Shown: positions 23,261 through 35,725 of the stretch, piece by piece
How positions within the stretch are numbered: position 1 is the first letter of the stretch
Layout of the letters: every line of letters starts with the position of its first letter
Assembly: GCA_013265495.1 (NCBI GenBank)
Contig: MU058796.1
Span: 124,001 to 188,000, forward strand
Reading direction: 5' to 3'
Source of the DNA: Vicugna vicugna
Taxonomy: Eukaryota
Length of the DNA: 64,000 bases
Notes under the pieces: model-generated
Told to the model about the DNA's origin: nothing
What the model saw: the letters and a program-made list of their open reading frames with translations, nothing else
Database searches by the model: none
Position numbers and translations under genes: made by a program

Positions 23261-24185
23261 GAGGAGTAAGACTTACTCAAATGCCTGACTTGTCTATTTA
23301 GACTCTATTGTCTTGAACTTGGAAATTTTACCAGAGAAAATGACTTCAGAATTTGAAGCTAGTACACTAAGAGCAAAGTCTCTTCAAAGAAGAGAGTTTT
23401 TAGTCAACAGCTCTAATAAAGGTAATATTTGAAGGTGACTAGTAAGTCCCATTCTGATAAACCAGGCATTCTCAAATTTTAGCAAAAATAACTTCTTTTG
23501 GTTAATGCTGCCCTCATTAGGTTTACTCAGAAAATTAATACGTGTGTTCTGTATGTAAAAGAAAGACATAGGAATTCACCTGTATTTCTATAACGTTTAA
23601 ATAATCTTATATGGTATTCATTGAATCTTTTACCATGTGCTTGAACACTCAAGAAAACACTGAAAATTCCTCAAACCCTGTATTTTCAAGTCTAAATATC
23701 TATTAGAAAACTAGAGGTCTGGTTTTCAGTTCAACAGCTATGCTTCTTACTACAAATATTAATAATTACTCAGTTACCTTTGTCCTTTTAAGACAGTATG
23801 GGTTTTGATACTCAGTGTTAACTCATCTGACAAAAATGAGCTTTTTAATTACAGATGAAATATCCCTCTTTCATAAAATTTCCCAAAACCGAATGTCCAC
23901 CGTTTCTATGCTAATCTCATGTCTGTTAGTTAACTAGGAATTGAAGAAGTTGGCAAGAAAAACCCCTAAGCCCTATAAAGGTGAGATGGTCTGGGGTCCT
24001 GTCATCACACATTTGATGCCTGGCTAAGCGTCATGTCAGGGAGTGAGAAAAAAGTTGGGAGGCCCATGTATAGCTGGAGTTGGCAGAAGCTGAGAGAAAA
24101 AGACAATAGCTACTGAAGAAAAGATCCTGTTACCAATTTAAAAAAAAGTTTCTTTCCTGCCTACCAATGGTAAGCAGACACTTAC

Positions 24186-24445
24186 TTAGCTTTAGGAAGT
24201 ATGTGATGTTTCTTTTGAGCCTTTAATCATTGGCACCTGATGCTAAAGTAAAATAGGTAAATCTTTCCTTATGCTTTTGGAAAAGAATATTGACAACTGA
24301 GAAAAACAAAAAACAAAATACAAAAAAACAGTGGTTCTTCCAGACCATTAAAGCAAACAAACAGTTTTTACAATCTGTGTATTTTTAAAATATGGCCACT
24401 TCGGATCTGAGGGATATACTTACCTAAAGAAAGAAGAAAGAAAAT
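24186..24445 (-). other. candidate recursive splice site with RS-exon
   Basis: minus strand reads ttttctttcttctttctttag|GTAAGT (junction 24424/24423); the next strong donor TAA|GTAAGT is at 24186/24185. Confidence 0.4.
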
Positions 24446-25127
24446 TGTCTGAGCCATTTTATTTTATTTTTTAACATTAAAAATGTTTCTCGAGTTCACA
24501 TTAATATTAACTCTATAAGCTACTCATATTTTGATATATTTATCGAAAAGGAAACCTTGTACCCTCCCTTCCCCGGGGGAAAGACTTGCTTTAGATTTGC
24601 CCTCACATCTGCGTTTACTGGAGGAACAGATGCTCAGCTTCTAAGGGTCAGCGTTTGGCCTTTTCCCTCCTATCACTAGAGCAGAAAGAAAGGGGGTTCC
24701 GGAGCGACGGTGGCAGCTTTCCAATGGCTGGCCTGTGCTTTTACATTTAAAGTAAGCAGGTGGTATCAATGGGCTGTCTAATGACTAACAAGATAAGAGT
24801 GCAATTGATCTTTTTATTAACCCATTTCCCCAGGTGGGTGGCAGACTGCTTCTCCCTCCTGGGTTCAGTTACATTGTTCAGTTCCAGGAATCATTTTAGA
24901 CCCTTTAACATTTTTGTCCAAGCTGATATTTAAAGCACAGGGACACAAACACAGATATTCTGTGTCATCTAAATTCTTTCTTTTCTGAACCTCCAAACTG
25001 ATAAATGTCTTTATAATTTGAGTCAGACTTGAAACAATGTTTAACACACATGTGAATCATCTTCAATCTTCCTGATAATTCTTTTCATGCTGAATTTGAC
25101 CTGTGGATTTGCTTGTCTTCCTTCTAG

Positions 25128-25188
25128 GTCACAGACCACTTATTCTAGAGTAGTTCTGAAGAGTATGGAGCCTACATAGATTCATAAG
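25128..25188 (+). other. candidate 61-nt non-coding exon
   Basis: tttgcttgtcttccttctag|GTCACA...TCATAAG|gtaaat; stop codons in all three frames. Confidence 0.3.
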
Positions 25189-25799
25189 GTAAATGATTAA
25201 TTTCAAAATAAGACATAATGGATTTAATTATAGTATGAATTGCAGCATTGCATAAATGTGTTGTCCTTTCTGAATCTGTGGTGAGTTTCTAAGTTATGAT
25301 GCTGGGTAATCTTTTAGCAGAGGGTAGAATCATCCTGGGAAGTGCTAAGGGAAGACGACAGTACATCTGTGAGTTCCCTCTATTCAGAGTCAGGATATTT
25401 GTTGTGTATTGCTTAAGGCTGTTTTCGTACCTCATACAGCTGTTTCATACAACTGTATTGTGATCTTAGGAGACTCCTGCCCTGGAGTGTGCCAGGACAT
25501 CACAAATCACATAGTCAACTGGAGAGGAATTAGATCTGTTATTTTCATAAATGAAGCTTGAAATTATTAGGATGCATTTCTCTGTAGATGTAGGAAGAGG
25601 TACAGAACATCCCATTAATGCCATTCCACCACAGGTGGTGTCAGATGAGGATGTATGAGATGAAGGGATTTGTAGAGGATGGCCTCGTATTTCTGTTTCT
25701 CTGAATCACAACCATCATTGGCTTTCCTGCCTGTTAAATAATTATATGTTCCTAGAAGCTATTGATTCTATCTTAAGGTATGCAGGATCTTTGATACCA

Positions 25800-26015
25800 C
25801 CTATAGCAGAATGACTAAAAATCTAGGCTTCAGATCCAACCTAAATTAAAGTTGTGGTTTTGCCATTTACTAGCTATGACACTGTGGTCTTCAATTTCCT
25901 CATCTGCACAGTGGGAGAAATACTAGTATTCCCTCCCAGGAGCTGTGAGAGACTGAACAAATGAGTTGATGTAAAGCATTTAAAGTATTGTCTGACACCT
26001 AGTAAACACTAGATC
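25800..26015 (+). mobile_element. MIR SINE
   Basis: tgccatttactagctatgac...tcaatttcctcatctgcacagtggga...atgtaaagcattt...tgtctgacacctagtaa. Confidence 0.8.
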
Positions 26016-28129
26016 GACTGATTAAAGTGCTTTGATTCTACCACCTCACTTTATTTGTTTCAGTTTCTCAATTTTCCTTTAGTCCAGAAATTTAGTGATT
26101 ATGGGAATTACTGAGGGAACTAAACTCCCAATTCCCTTTTAGCAGCCTCTCCCCTAAAGGAGATGTATTATACCTTTCATGTAAATGCCAGGAAGGAAAA
26201 TAATTGGCATCCCATTGCCCTTTGAATGGATCCCTGGCCAGCCCTAGGTGGTGTGACGTGGAAGTGACCTTACAGCAGGGCGCCTGCCAGCTCAGTTCAC
26301 AGTGTGGTGGGAGAATCAATTAGACGGTTCATCGCCATTTCAGAAACATGCAAACATAACTGGCATAGTGTTTCAGGACGCAGAATAAAAAGGAATCTAC
26401 AAAACAAAAAGCCTTTCAAGGAGATGGATTTGGATGTTCTTCCAAATCACAAACTGATGATTATGATCACCATTAGAGCTTAATGAGCCCGTATGTGGCT
26501 AATGACTTCATCTCTCCAGTAGATCTGCCAATAGTCCCTGTTTCCACTCGCTTCCATCCTTCTCTGGTAAGAAGCATAACTAACCATCACGCTAGTTGGT
26601 CAGAACAAGTCATTGTACTTCCCCCTCTTCCGTTAGCAAAAACAGTTTCTGAAATCTACCATCCTCCTCTTTCCTTTTAGGACCAAAGGTAACAGATTAG
26701 AGAAAAGAAAGTAACACTAGTACATGTTTTATAGAACCCTGGAACACCTGGGTTCAGTCTGGAAGTGGCCCTTAACTGCTGTCTGACCTAGTTTTCTCAT
26801 CTCCAAAATGTAATTGGTCACTATCCTATTTCTGAGGATAACTTTAAAGATAAAAAAAATACGTGAAGTTGATCTTTCAGTACATGTAGGAATACGGTTT
26901 ATTTTATTTAACTTAGTTATTCGTTACAAATACTATCATTGATGGTGGCTATATTTTTATTTTAATAACCCAGATGCAGAAAATGGCATTATAAGGTTTA
27001 AACAAGTTACCTGCTGAGCCATTTAGAGACTATTAATTTTCATAAAAAGTAAGACCTAAACTGAAGTTAGAATCTTCTTTCAATTAACCACACCTTTATA
27101 ATATTTAGTCTGCAGTGATATTCAGTGTTAAAATCATTTAAAGGGACAAAATTTGGCAAAGTTGAAATAATTCTCAAAATAAATTATTTTAAAGAATAGG
27201 TAGTAACAGTAGGTTACTTACTGGAAGAGAAAATTTTTCATAAAAGTGATAGATACTAGGGAGCAACCTTTCAGTCGCTGTATGAAAAGCTGCCGACTTA
27301 CGAATCACCTAACAAAGCTAATTAGAGCTTCAAATTTAAAAATAAATAAAATAGATACCATTTCCCATAATGATGCTTACTCAAGTTTCAGTGTATTTCT
27401 TTCATTTTCCCATTTTCAAAATATATGTAGTAAATATAATAGGTCTTAATCCTGAATAATATTACATCATTATAATATTGAAAGTAAGATAAGTAATAGT
27501 TGGAAGGGATAATGTTAGCGATTAAGACAATTGCTTCAGTGGAATACTTCAGAAATTTTGAATTGTTTTATGTTAAGACATTCCAGTATAATTTTTCTGG
27601 GGTCTCTCTATGCTGTAAATAAATGTTGATTGCTATGGTAAAGTAAGAAACATGAATGGATAATGTCTATTCCCTGTAACCAGCATTTCAGGAAAACATC
27701 ACTGTTAAAAATACATGGCTGGGATCCCATTTTTGAGTTCTCGTCCCAAATCTCCATCTCAACATTCGGAGTAAGCTTGATCAACTAGCAAGTATCTGAC
27801 TAAATTTTTGACATATAATTTGAAGAAATAAATAGCCTCAAAAATGAAGACTGACTTTTAGGAAAAACTTTCAAGCAAGAAAAATGTATAGCAGATCTTA
27901 TCATGCACCAAATCTACATTCTGCTGTCAAGCTTTTCTTACACCTGTCTACGCATTCCTCTTACCCCACAGATCCCATCATTTCAAGAATGAAACATTAG
28001 TTTAAATGGGTTGTTTTCACATTCACTGAAAACTTTAAAATCACAAAAAGATGTGAGTTAAATTAGTTAAATTTACTTTTTAGTTTCACCAACTATATGT
28101 TTGGAGAATATTTTTTTGAAAAACAATTT

Positions 28130-28350
28130 AACTAATTTTATTGGGGGTCTATAATATGTCTAAAACTGTTCTACAACAAAGAAGTATAAAACAAAATCTG
28201 AACTGTGGCTCCTGCTCTTTGTAGTTTATTTATCGAGGTACAATCAACATATACAAAACAAATATTAACATCAGAAAAAAATATATTCATGTACTCATCT
28301 AAGTATTATAAATTATGAGTTTTGTAGGAGTTCTGATGGAAGAGGTGGGA
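28130..28350 (-). mobile_element. L2 3' fragment (very degraded)
   Basis: ttttattggggg tctataatatgtctaaaactgttcta...tggctcctgctctt. Confidence 0.4.
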
Positions 28351-28508
28351 TCCAAGATAGGGTTTTAATAATGTATAGAGCTTGGATATGTAGTCCTTCT
28401 CTGGGATAAATAACCAGTGTTCCTGTATTTATATTATCCAGAGTCTATGTAATAAACTGATCACTAAAAACAAAGCAAAGAAGTAATTGAAGGGACTGGT
28501 TAACTCAC

Positions 28509-28767
28509 CATGAAAGCTGGGTAACTTTCAGTAAACAAGTCCTTCACTCTTCCATTCCCAGTGAAAGTGCAAATAGACATATCACCAAAACCCCAAGTTT
28601 AGCTGGAGTACAAGGGTCTCCCCTTAGATTGCAATTGTGAAGATTCCAGTATTGATGGAAATAATTCATCCTCTTCAAGGAGAACTACAGCTATTGTAGC
28701 TGAGTTTAAGCCTTTAAGACCCGAATGTTGAGCTTGGGTATAAAGCTTAATGAGCAACCCCATCTGT
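28509..28767 (-). other. candidate 259-nt exon of an unidentified minus-strand transcript
   Basis: acceptor ctctggttttctgtttcag|ACAG and donor TTCATG|gtgagt. Confidence 0.25.
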
Positions 28768-29087
28768 CTGAAACAGAAAACCAGAGTCTCTGAGGTTCAT
28801 CAGTCGATTTCCTAAGGTTTCTGTCCAGCCTCAGTGTGAACCAGTTGAAAAAGAAAAAGCTAGTAGCACTGACCTTGACAGAGAAAGATTGAGAATTTAG
28901 GCAATGGATCCATTTCATATCTGGATCTATGAACTAACCATTTGCTATCTAAGGAAAAAATGAGATCATTCGCACACTAATGATCCAAAACTTAATCCAT
29001 GCAAAGAAAACTAAAATTAGATATTGTTCTTGAAACAGTAAGTTGCATTGTGTTGGAAAAGTAAACTGTGAGTATGCTGATGACCAT

Positions 29088-29330
29088 GATAATCATGGCT
29101 GCCATTTATTGAGAGTTCCTTGTATGCTGGGCACTCTACCATATGCTTTAATTTATGTGTATCTCATTTAATCCTCACAAAATTTATATTAGGAAAAAGT
29201 ATCATCCCCAGTTTAAAGTCAAAGAAATAAGGCTCAGAAATTTAACTTGGTCAAATTTAACAGATAACAAATGGCAGAGCCAGGATGTGAACCCATGTTT
29301 TTCTTAGGTCCAAGACCATGCTCTTTCTAT
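29088..29330 (-). mobile_element. MIR SINE, near full length
   Basis: gccatttattgagagttccttgtatgctgggcact...atctcatttaatcctcacaa...aaggctcaga...aaatggcagagccaggatgtgaaccca. Confidence 0.85.
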
Positions 29331-30558
29331 CATGTTCACCACTTTTCAGGCAGTGCTGCCTCACTGTCTAATGATGCTTTTCTTATATACTCAGGTGTAC
29401 CAGGAAGATAACTGAGTTGACAGTTTTATTGCATGTATGTACATTAACATCAACCGATACGTATTATTTAGTCCCATGAAGTCAATGAGTATTTTGCAGG
29501 CAGATGGGCTACCGATTCAGAAAAATCAATAAATATTTGACTAAGCAAGTGAATTATGAAGAGTAAAAGCATTATATGTGCTTTTCCTTGGAAGCAAAGG
29601 GAAAGCTATAGTGTTAATAAAACAGAGCCAATGCTAATGATTTAAAGCCCCTCCTCCTAAAGTAGAAATCAATCTGATTCTAAGGTTGATTTTATTCATT
29701 CCATAAACTTATTTCCCAACAGAGTTTCTTAATTTTGACACTGAAGATACAGAATTCTGTTACTGCCCTTTTCTTTCAGATTCAAGGTCAGTTTACTTCC
29801 TAATTTCTTCTCATTTATTATTCACTTTCATTTAAGGTTCACTTTGCCTTGTTTTCACGTTCTTCATGTTCTTAGGTACTCCCTAACAGACTGTTCTCAC
29901 TGTCTGGAAGATCTTCCATTGATCTTACCTTTTCTTCCTCGTGTCTATTAAATCTTCACTGTTTTCAGCTTCCAGGATCTGTAGTTTGATTTTGCCCAAA
30001 GCTTCCCCAATTAATTAGATATAAAATATCTTTCTGTGGAAATCATCTTTCCTCTATAGCCAAAGGCATTACCAGTGGTAAAATGTATTCATCTGTATAT
30101 AATAATAGTAATTTCAACTGTTAGGTGGTACTTTTCATTGCTCTATTTTTTTCTTGTTAGAGTAGAAATGCTATTGTTGAAAATTTATAAATATCAAAAC
30201 ATACAAGGAAGAAAAAAATCCATTTTTATGCCAATACCTCGAGAAAAGTATTGTTAACATTTTGTTATATTTCTTTCTATTCTTTTTTGACATGTTTGAT
30301 TGTGTTATAACTTAAACTCTCCCTGCCTTACTATATTTTTATCCTGATTTTTTTTCCCTAAAATTAGACCCTCTAAAATTTGGATTCACCCAGTTCCCTA
30401 GAGTCATAGAAGTCAAGTAGCCAGTAGGAAGGCTGACCATTCAAAGGCCTAGTGAAATCAAATTTTAAGATTTTATTTCAAGTAGAGGATTGGGCCTGTT
30501 CAGCTTCCTAAAGTTCTATGTAAAACTCTGGCATTCTGTTTGGCTGGGACCCTCATTC

Positions 30559-30726
30559 TTTTTTTTAACCACCTTATTAAGGTATGATTCACATACAAAA
30601 AGCTGTACATATTTAATGTGTACAACTTGATGAGTTTGGAGATGTATACAACTTGTTGAATTTGGAGATAAGTTTATACCCATGATCACCACAATCAGTG
30701 CCATAAACAAGTCCATCTTCTCAAAA
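30559..30726 (-). mobile_element. L1MB-type 3' end fragment with an internal 26-bp tandem duplication
   Basis: ttattaaggtatgattcacatacaaaaagctgtacatatttaatgtgtacaacttgatgagtttggag...atcaccacaatc...ataaac; 30616-30641 and 30642-30667 are 23/26 identical. Confidence 0.8.
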
Positions 30727-33700
30727 AAAAAAAAAAAAACAGCCGTGGTGAAGCATTGACTCATAAAAGTCTAGAAGTATTTCTATTTCTGGGCTTGTTT
30801 GCAGAGATATGACTCCTATATGGTCTTGTGTGCAACTCCTAGGTAATTCTTCTTTGCTTCCATCATGTGTTAATTTCCTGTTAATTAAAACCACTCTTTC
30901 ATTTCATAGAAGCTGGAAAATATATTAATGTTAAATTACATAAGACATGATATTATAAAATAATACATCTGTCTTCTTAATTTCTAAGTTAAATTACAGA
31001 TCTAAAAAACTATTTGAGTTCATATAATGTTGTAAATGCCCTCTGTGGGTTTTCTCCTCTTTGTAAGGGCCCATCTTAACTGTACGGATGGTGAAATTTC
31101 CTTGTTCAGCCTGTCCCTTTTAGGTATCAACCCTTTTTTATTTCCCCAAATCATTTCATCAAGACCTCGTCAGTTTTTATCTGGTAAACATACATTGTCT
31201 GAAAACTTAACTTTCTTCCTGTGACTTACCTGCCCAATTTTGGGGTCAATTTTTGATCATTTTAGTCCATTAGGAGGGATATTGCGCTCATATAATTGCT
31301 ATGCATCTCATTTCTCCCACCTCTTAAAAATAATGTTTGATTATTCTACCCAGGTTTAGACATTTATCAAGTTTGAATTTATTTGCTAACCAAACTATTA
31401 AAGATACTGTCATTTCCCAAAAATACATTAATCTGTGATCTCACAAGAGGAACAGCTTCACAATCTTACTGAACACCCTTCTCACAGTTTCCCTGATGCA
31501 ACGTGTATCCCCAGCACTGAGCGCATAGCTCACCATCATTAACTATTTTTAAATGAATCAGTAATATCTTTCAAGACATCAAAATCTATCCCCCAAGCAA
31601 ACAAGACTACTGAATTATGAGAGCTAAAGGTTTTCATAGCTTGGAGGAATGCAAAAACTTTTCCTTCCACAAAAACATGTTTCCTTAAATGCTATCTATG
31701 AACTTCTTGCCTATGAGAATAGCATCTCTCATACTTTTTTTTTGTTAATTTTCACACCCCTGAAAAGAAACTATACAGTTTAAACCTGGAATCTAGAACT
31801 ATTGGAAAACTGTCATTATATTCATGCATCTGTAGGGTAGATTTTACAGACAAAGATAAAGGAGCTGAAGTATCAGCACCATTGAGGTTGAGCCTGAGAA
31901 CTGAACAGCTGTGGGTGTTGAGGTTCCCCAGGCAGTGGGAGTTCAAGAGGACAATCGTGAGGTGTCAGGACAGTCAAGACACTGCAATATTTTAAACTGC
32001 AGACACTCTGCATCAGGGCAGATATTGCTAGCAAGAGGTCTGTGTTTTGGTGAAGTCTAAACTAATTCCCCTTGTTTTATGCTACTGAATGGTTCATTTG
32101 CTTTGAGAGCCTCAAGGGGTAAAGAGGAGGGAAGCAAATTAAGTCAAAACTGCAAAGACTTGTTAAAACTACACAAGGTGTGTCTAACTCTCTTATTGTT
32201 AAATGATATGCTGGGAGAAAAAAAAATCTGTGGAAATTCCATCCTGACTTCATAACAACTCACAGCTGATTAAGTCAACCTTTGAAACATGCAATGAAAA
32301 CATAGAAAAAACCTAACTTAATATGCAATAGCATAAACTAATCATTGTTTCATTTTCTGGAAATTATGTTGGCACCAGGATGAGAAGTAGATGAAAAAAC
32401 TCCAAGACAAGCAAAGACTTCTCTCTCTAAATCAGTAAGTTAACTGATTAATGAAGAGCCAGACTTTGCTATTAAGGACTTGATGGGAAGTGATTATGAA
32501 CATGTCCCTTCATAAGGGCTGCCGGTCAAGTGAGTTCCAAGGAGGGACTCAAATGTGTTCCTAGAGAATGAAGGAAATAGAAACATTGTGACTTTTGCAC
32601 CACCCAACATACACAAAACCACACCCTCATCTAATCTCTGACTATAAAACCTTATTTATGAAGTTGTAAATTGGGAAATCTCAAGCATAAAACTCTGTAT
32701 CTATTAAATATACCGTGGTTTAGTGGACTGGTTGCTTTTTCTGGCAGCCAGTGATATGAAATCATAGGGAATCCGTATCTCTAAAGCCAAAGAATAGCTC
32801 CCAGTCATTTGTGGCATCATTAGCAATGTCGTGATATCCCTTAAGGACAAAGCACATAAATGTTCTCCTGTCGCTTACAACTGTGTCAAGGAGAAAACCA
32901 AAATGAACTTGCAAAGTCATGCATCAGTTCAATTTTGGAAGGAGAAAAAAAATCTTCCTTTGAAGGAAACGAAATCAATCCCCAGTTCAAATTAAATTTG
33001 GGCTCTTCTGTGAAGCTCCAATACACAGCTCCAATAACAATCAGTACTTACGGACTTAAGGTGCAGGCAAATAATGTTTCATTTAAAAGAAATTGAATGA
33101 AGATTACTGACAGCAAAAGTTTGGATGCTATTTTGTCATTAAAGTTAAATCATGCCATTATTGGCTCAGTTGTGAACAACTCAATCATCCTCACTTTCCT
33201 TTTTTTCTTTTTCGTTTTTTTCTGAATGCACTGGGAACCCTTTGCCTAGCTGGGCTTGTGTCTTCATCCTGTTAAAACCTTGTCATGCAAATGTATCATA
33301 AATGTAGCCTGAAGACTTCTGTCTCATGCAAAATTTAGCTTAAATTCTGTGGGCATGAAATACTTTGTTATGCATAAACCTTCTGTTTGGTTTGCTGACA
33401 TTATTCTTAGTCGGCTCTCATGATGATTCATTATCTTGTGATATAGATTTCCAAGTATCATCTTTGTATTGATTTTTATATCTTTAATAACCACTCCACA
33501 GAAGATGGCTCCACTGGTGTCATTGATCGCATCAAAAATTCAAGGCTTACAGAAATACTAGAGGGCTAATTGGTAGCAGAACATTTCAGACTTAATCTTA
33601 ATGCAGTCTTAATCTTCTGCATTAAACCTACCTGATGGTATCCTCTTAGAGTCTACAAGGGGAAGTTTAGTGCTTCATTGAAAAACACCTGGTGAGAACA

Positions 33701-33973
33701 TACAAGAACATCACAATAAATGGAACACAAACTCAAAAACATCACTTAACAAACATTCAGAAATTAAGAGCAATCCTTTGATCTGGGGTCCCCATCCCTG
33801 AAATCCTCCTTCTTTTCCCTTTCTATTACCTCTGGGCCAACCAAGCCAGGTTGGCTATATGTTTTAAAACCCAAACTATAAAAAAAAAAAAAAATAAAGT
33901 CTCCATAATTCTAAATTATTTTCCTCCCTGGGACTTGATAAGTTCCCAATTTAAAAATATTTCTGTTGCCGAA

Positions 33974-33987
33974 NNNNNNNNNNNNNN
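33974..33987. other. assembly gap (14 N) with duplicated flanks
   Basis: N run; 33895-33973 is repeated at 34001-34079 with 7 mismatches. Confidence 0.95.
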
Positions 33988-34479
33988 AAAAAAAAAAAAA
34001 TAAAGTCTCCATAATTCTAAAGTATGTACCACCCTGGGACTTGATAAGTTCCCAATTTAACAATAGTTCTGCTGCCGAACTCAGCATGAACATCCTGTTT
34101 GTGTAAATAACTTTAAATAACAAATTTAGGACTGCTGGTATAGGGCCAGCAAGTCCAGAGACCCAGCACATGACCACGTATATCACACTATAACTTCCCT
34201 CCTTCCAGCACGTCGTTCATGGAACATCCGATCTATTTTAGGTAATCAGAAACCAGACCAAAAGGGAGAAACAGGCACTTTTGGCCAAGCTTTAGAGTAA
34301 CTTGGTTATATATTTGAAACTTGGTCTTACTATATTCTTTCCCAAAAACTTTTTGTGAATCTGCTCTGTGCCAGTCACTGTACCAAAGCCAGATGAAAAT
34401 AACCTGGTACCTGCTCTAAAGGACCTTACTTTCAGAAGCCTATGGGTAGAAGGTGGAAAAGAGACTGGGGCACATTTGA

Positions 34480-34640
34480 TAACTAACTAGAAGGCAGGAT
34501 GTACAAGGATGTGGGCTTTGAAATTGGCCAAATCCGAATTCTATTCCACCTCCAATACTGTGCTGTGTGGTACTTGGTAGATTGCTGCCTCTCTGAAAAA
34601 TGGCAGCAATTAAGTTTTTCCTCATGAGAATAAAATGTGG
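34480..34640 (+). mobile_element. MIR fragment
   Basis: gtgggctttgaaattggc...attccacctccaatactgtgctgtgtgg...agtttttcctcatgagaataaaatg. Confidence 0.55.
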
Positions 34641-35564
34641 CAATGCATGCAGTGCTGCATATTGAGCATGTTATCCATGCACCCCAAAGCTGTGTTACCC
34701 ACTGGAAGATGATAAAGGAGGAAGCCATATATTGTTGGGGTTTTTTCCCTCCCTGTAGGAGTTGGAAAAGTCATGTAAGAGAAAATGGGAAAAGGAGAGC
34801 AATTTTTAAAAATTTTTATGTATCCTGGCTTTTTGACAAATTTTTGAACAAAGAGCTAAACATAAATGCTAGTTCAGCACTGTAGATGTAGCATCAAACA
34901 CGAAGGGGAATTTGGAATTTTAAAGATAGTTGGAATTAGAATGAAGACTTTAGAAAGACTGGAAAGAAAAAGGGATAAATCAAGGATGGAGGCCATTGTG
35001 AGATATTATAAAAGTCATGGTGAGTTTTTGATGTTTAGCATTTAGGTACTTGAGTCTTTGGGTTCAGATAATTTTTAAATCACCAGAAATTATAGTGCAA
35101 ATTTCAGATTTTCTCATTAAAAAAAAACACATAATAGTCTCAGAAACAAAATAGTACATTTATAAGAGTCTATGCAGTTAATTTAGGTATCAGTGCTGTT
35201 GCTGAGATTGTCTTCAAAGTGTTACATTTCCAGTATGTGGATTTCAAATAATTTACCTAGAATGATATTTAATGAGATGGCAAATGTTTATGTTATATAC
35301 ATTATTTTTCCATTCATTATTCTTGTTGCATAGTTACTTGCTTCACAGAATTTAGTAATGTATCTGGCCCATAATTACCCACTTATTCATGAAATTCAGT
35401 TTGTACTTTTCATCCTCTTTCCTAAACAGGTTACAGCTTTCAACCTAGGAGAGCACAATTTTTTCAAGGGATTTCATCAATCACAGATGTTTTTATTTCA
35501 TTGCTTTGGAGCTGCCTTCCCACTAAATAGTATAATTTCACAGTTTCTCAAAGAATCCACCATT

Positions 35565-35725
35565 CCATTCCCCAGCCTCCTGTTTTTGCCTTTTATTTTC
35601 TTCCTCCTTTGTTTTCTTCCTCCCCTTTCCTTCTTTGCTATCTCTGGCCCTTTTTCCAAGTTTCAACTGCTTTTTCTCTACCTCACTTCTCTGTCTCTTC
35701 TTCCTTTCTCCCTTCCTCTTTCCCT
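35565..35725. repeat. CT-rich low-complexity tract
   Basis: near-continuous pyrimidine run. Confidence 0.6.

Noticed and set aside
31895..31915. TGAGAACTGAA, resembling the 5' end of miR-146
   Set aside because: The match ends after 11 nt and no precursor hairpin is evident.
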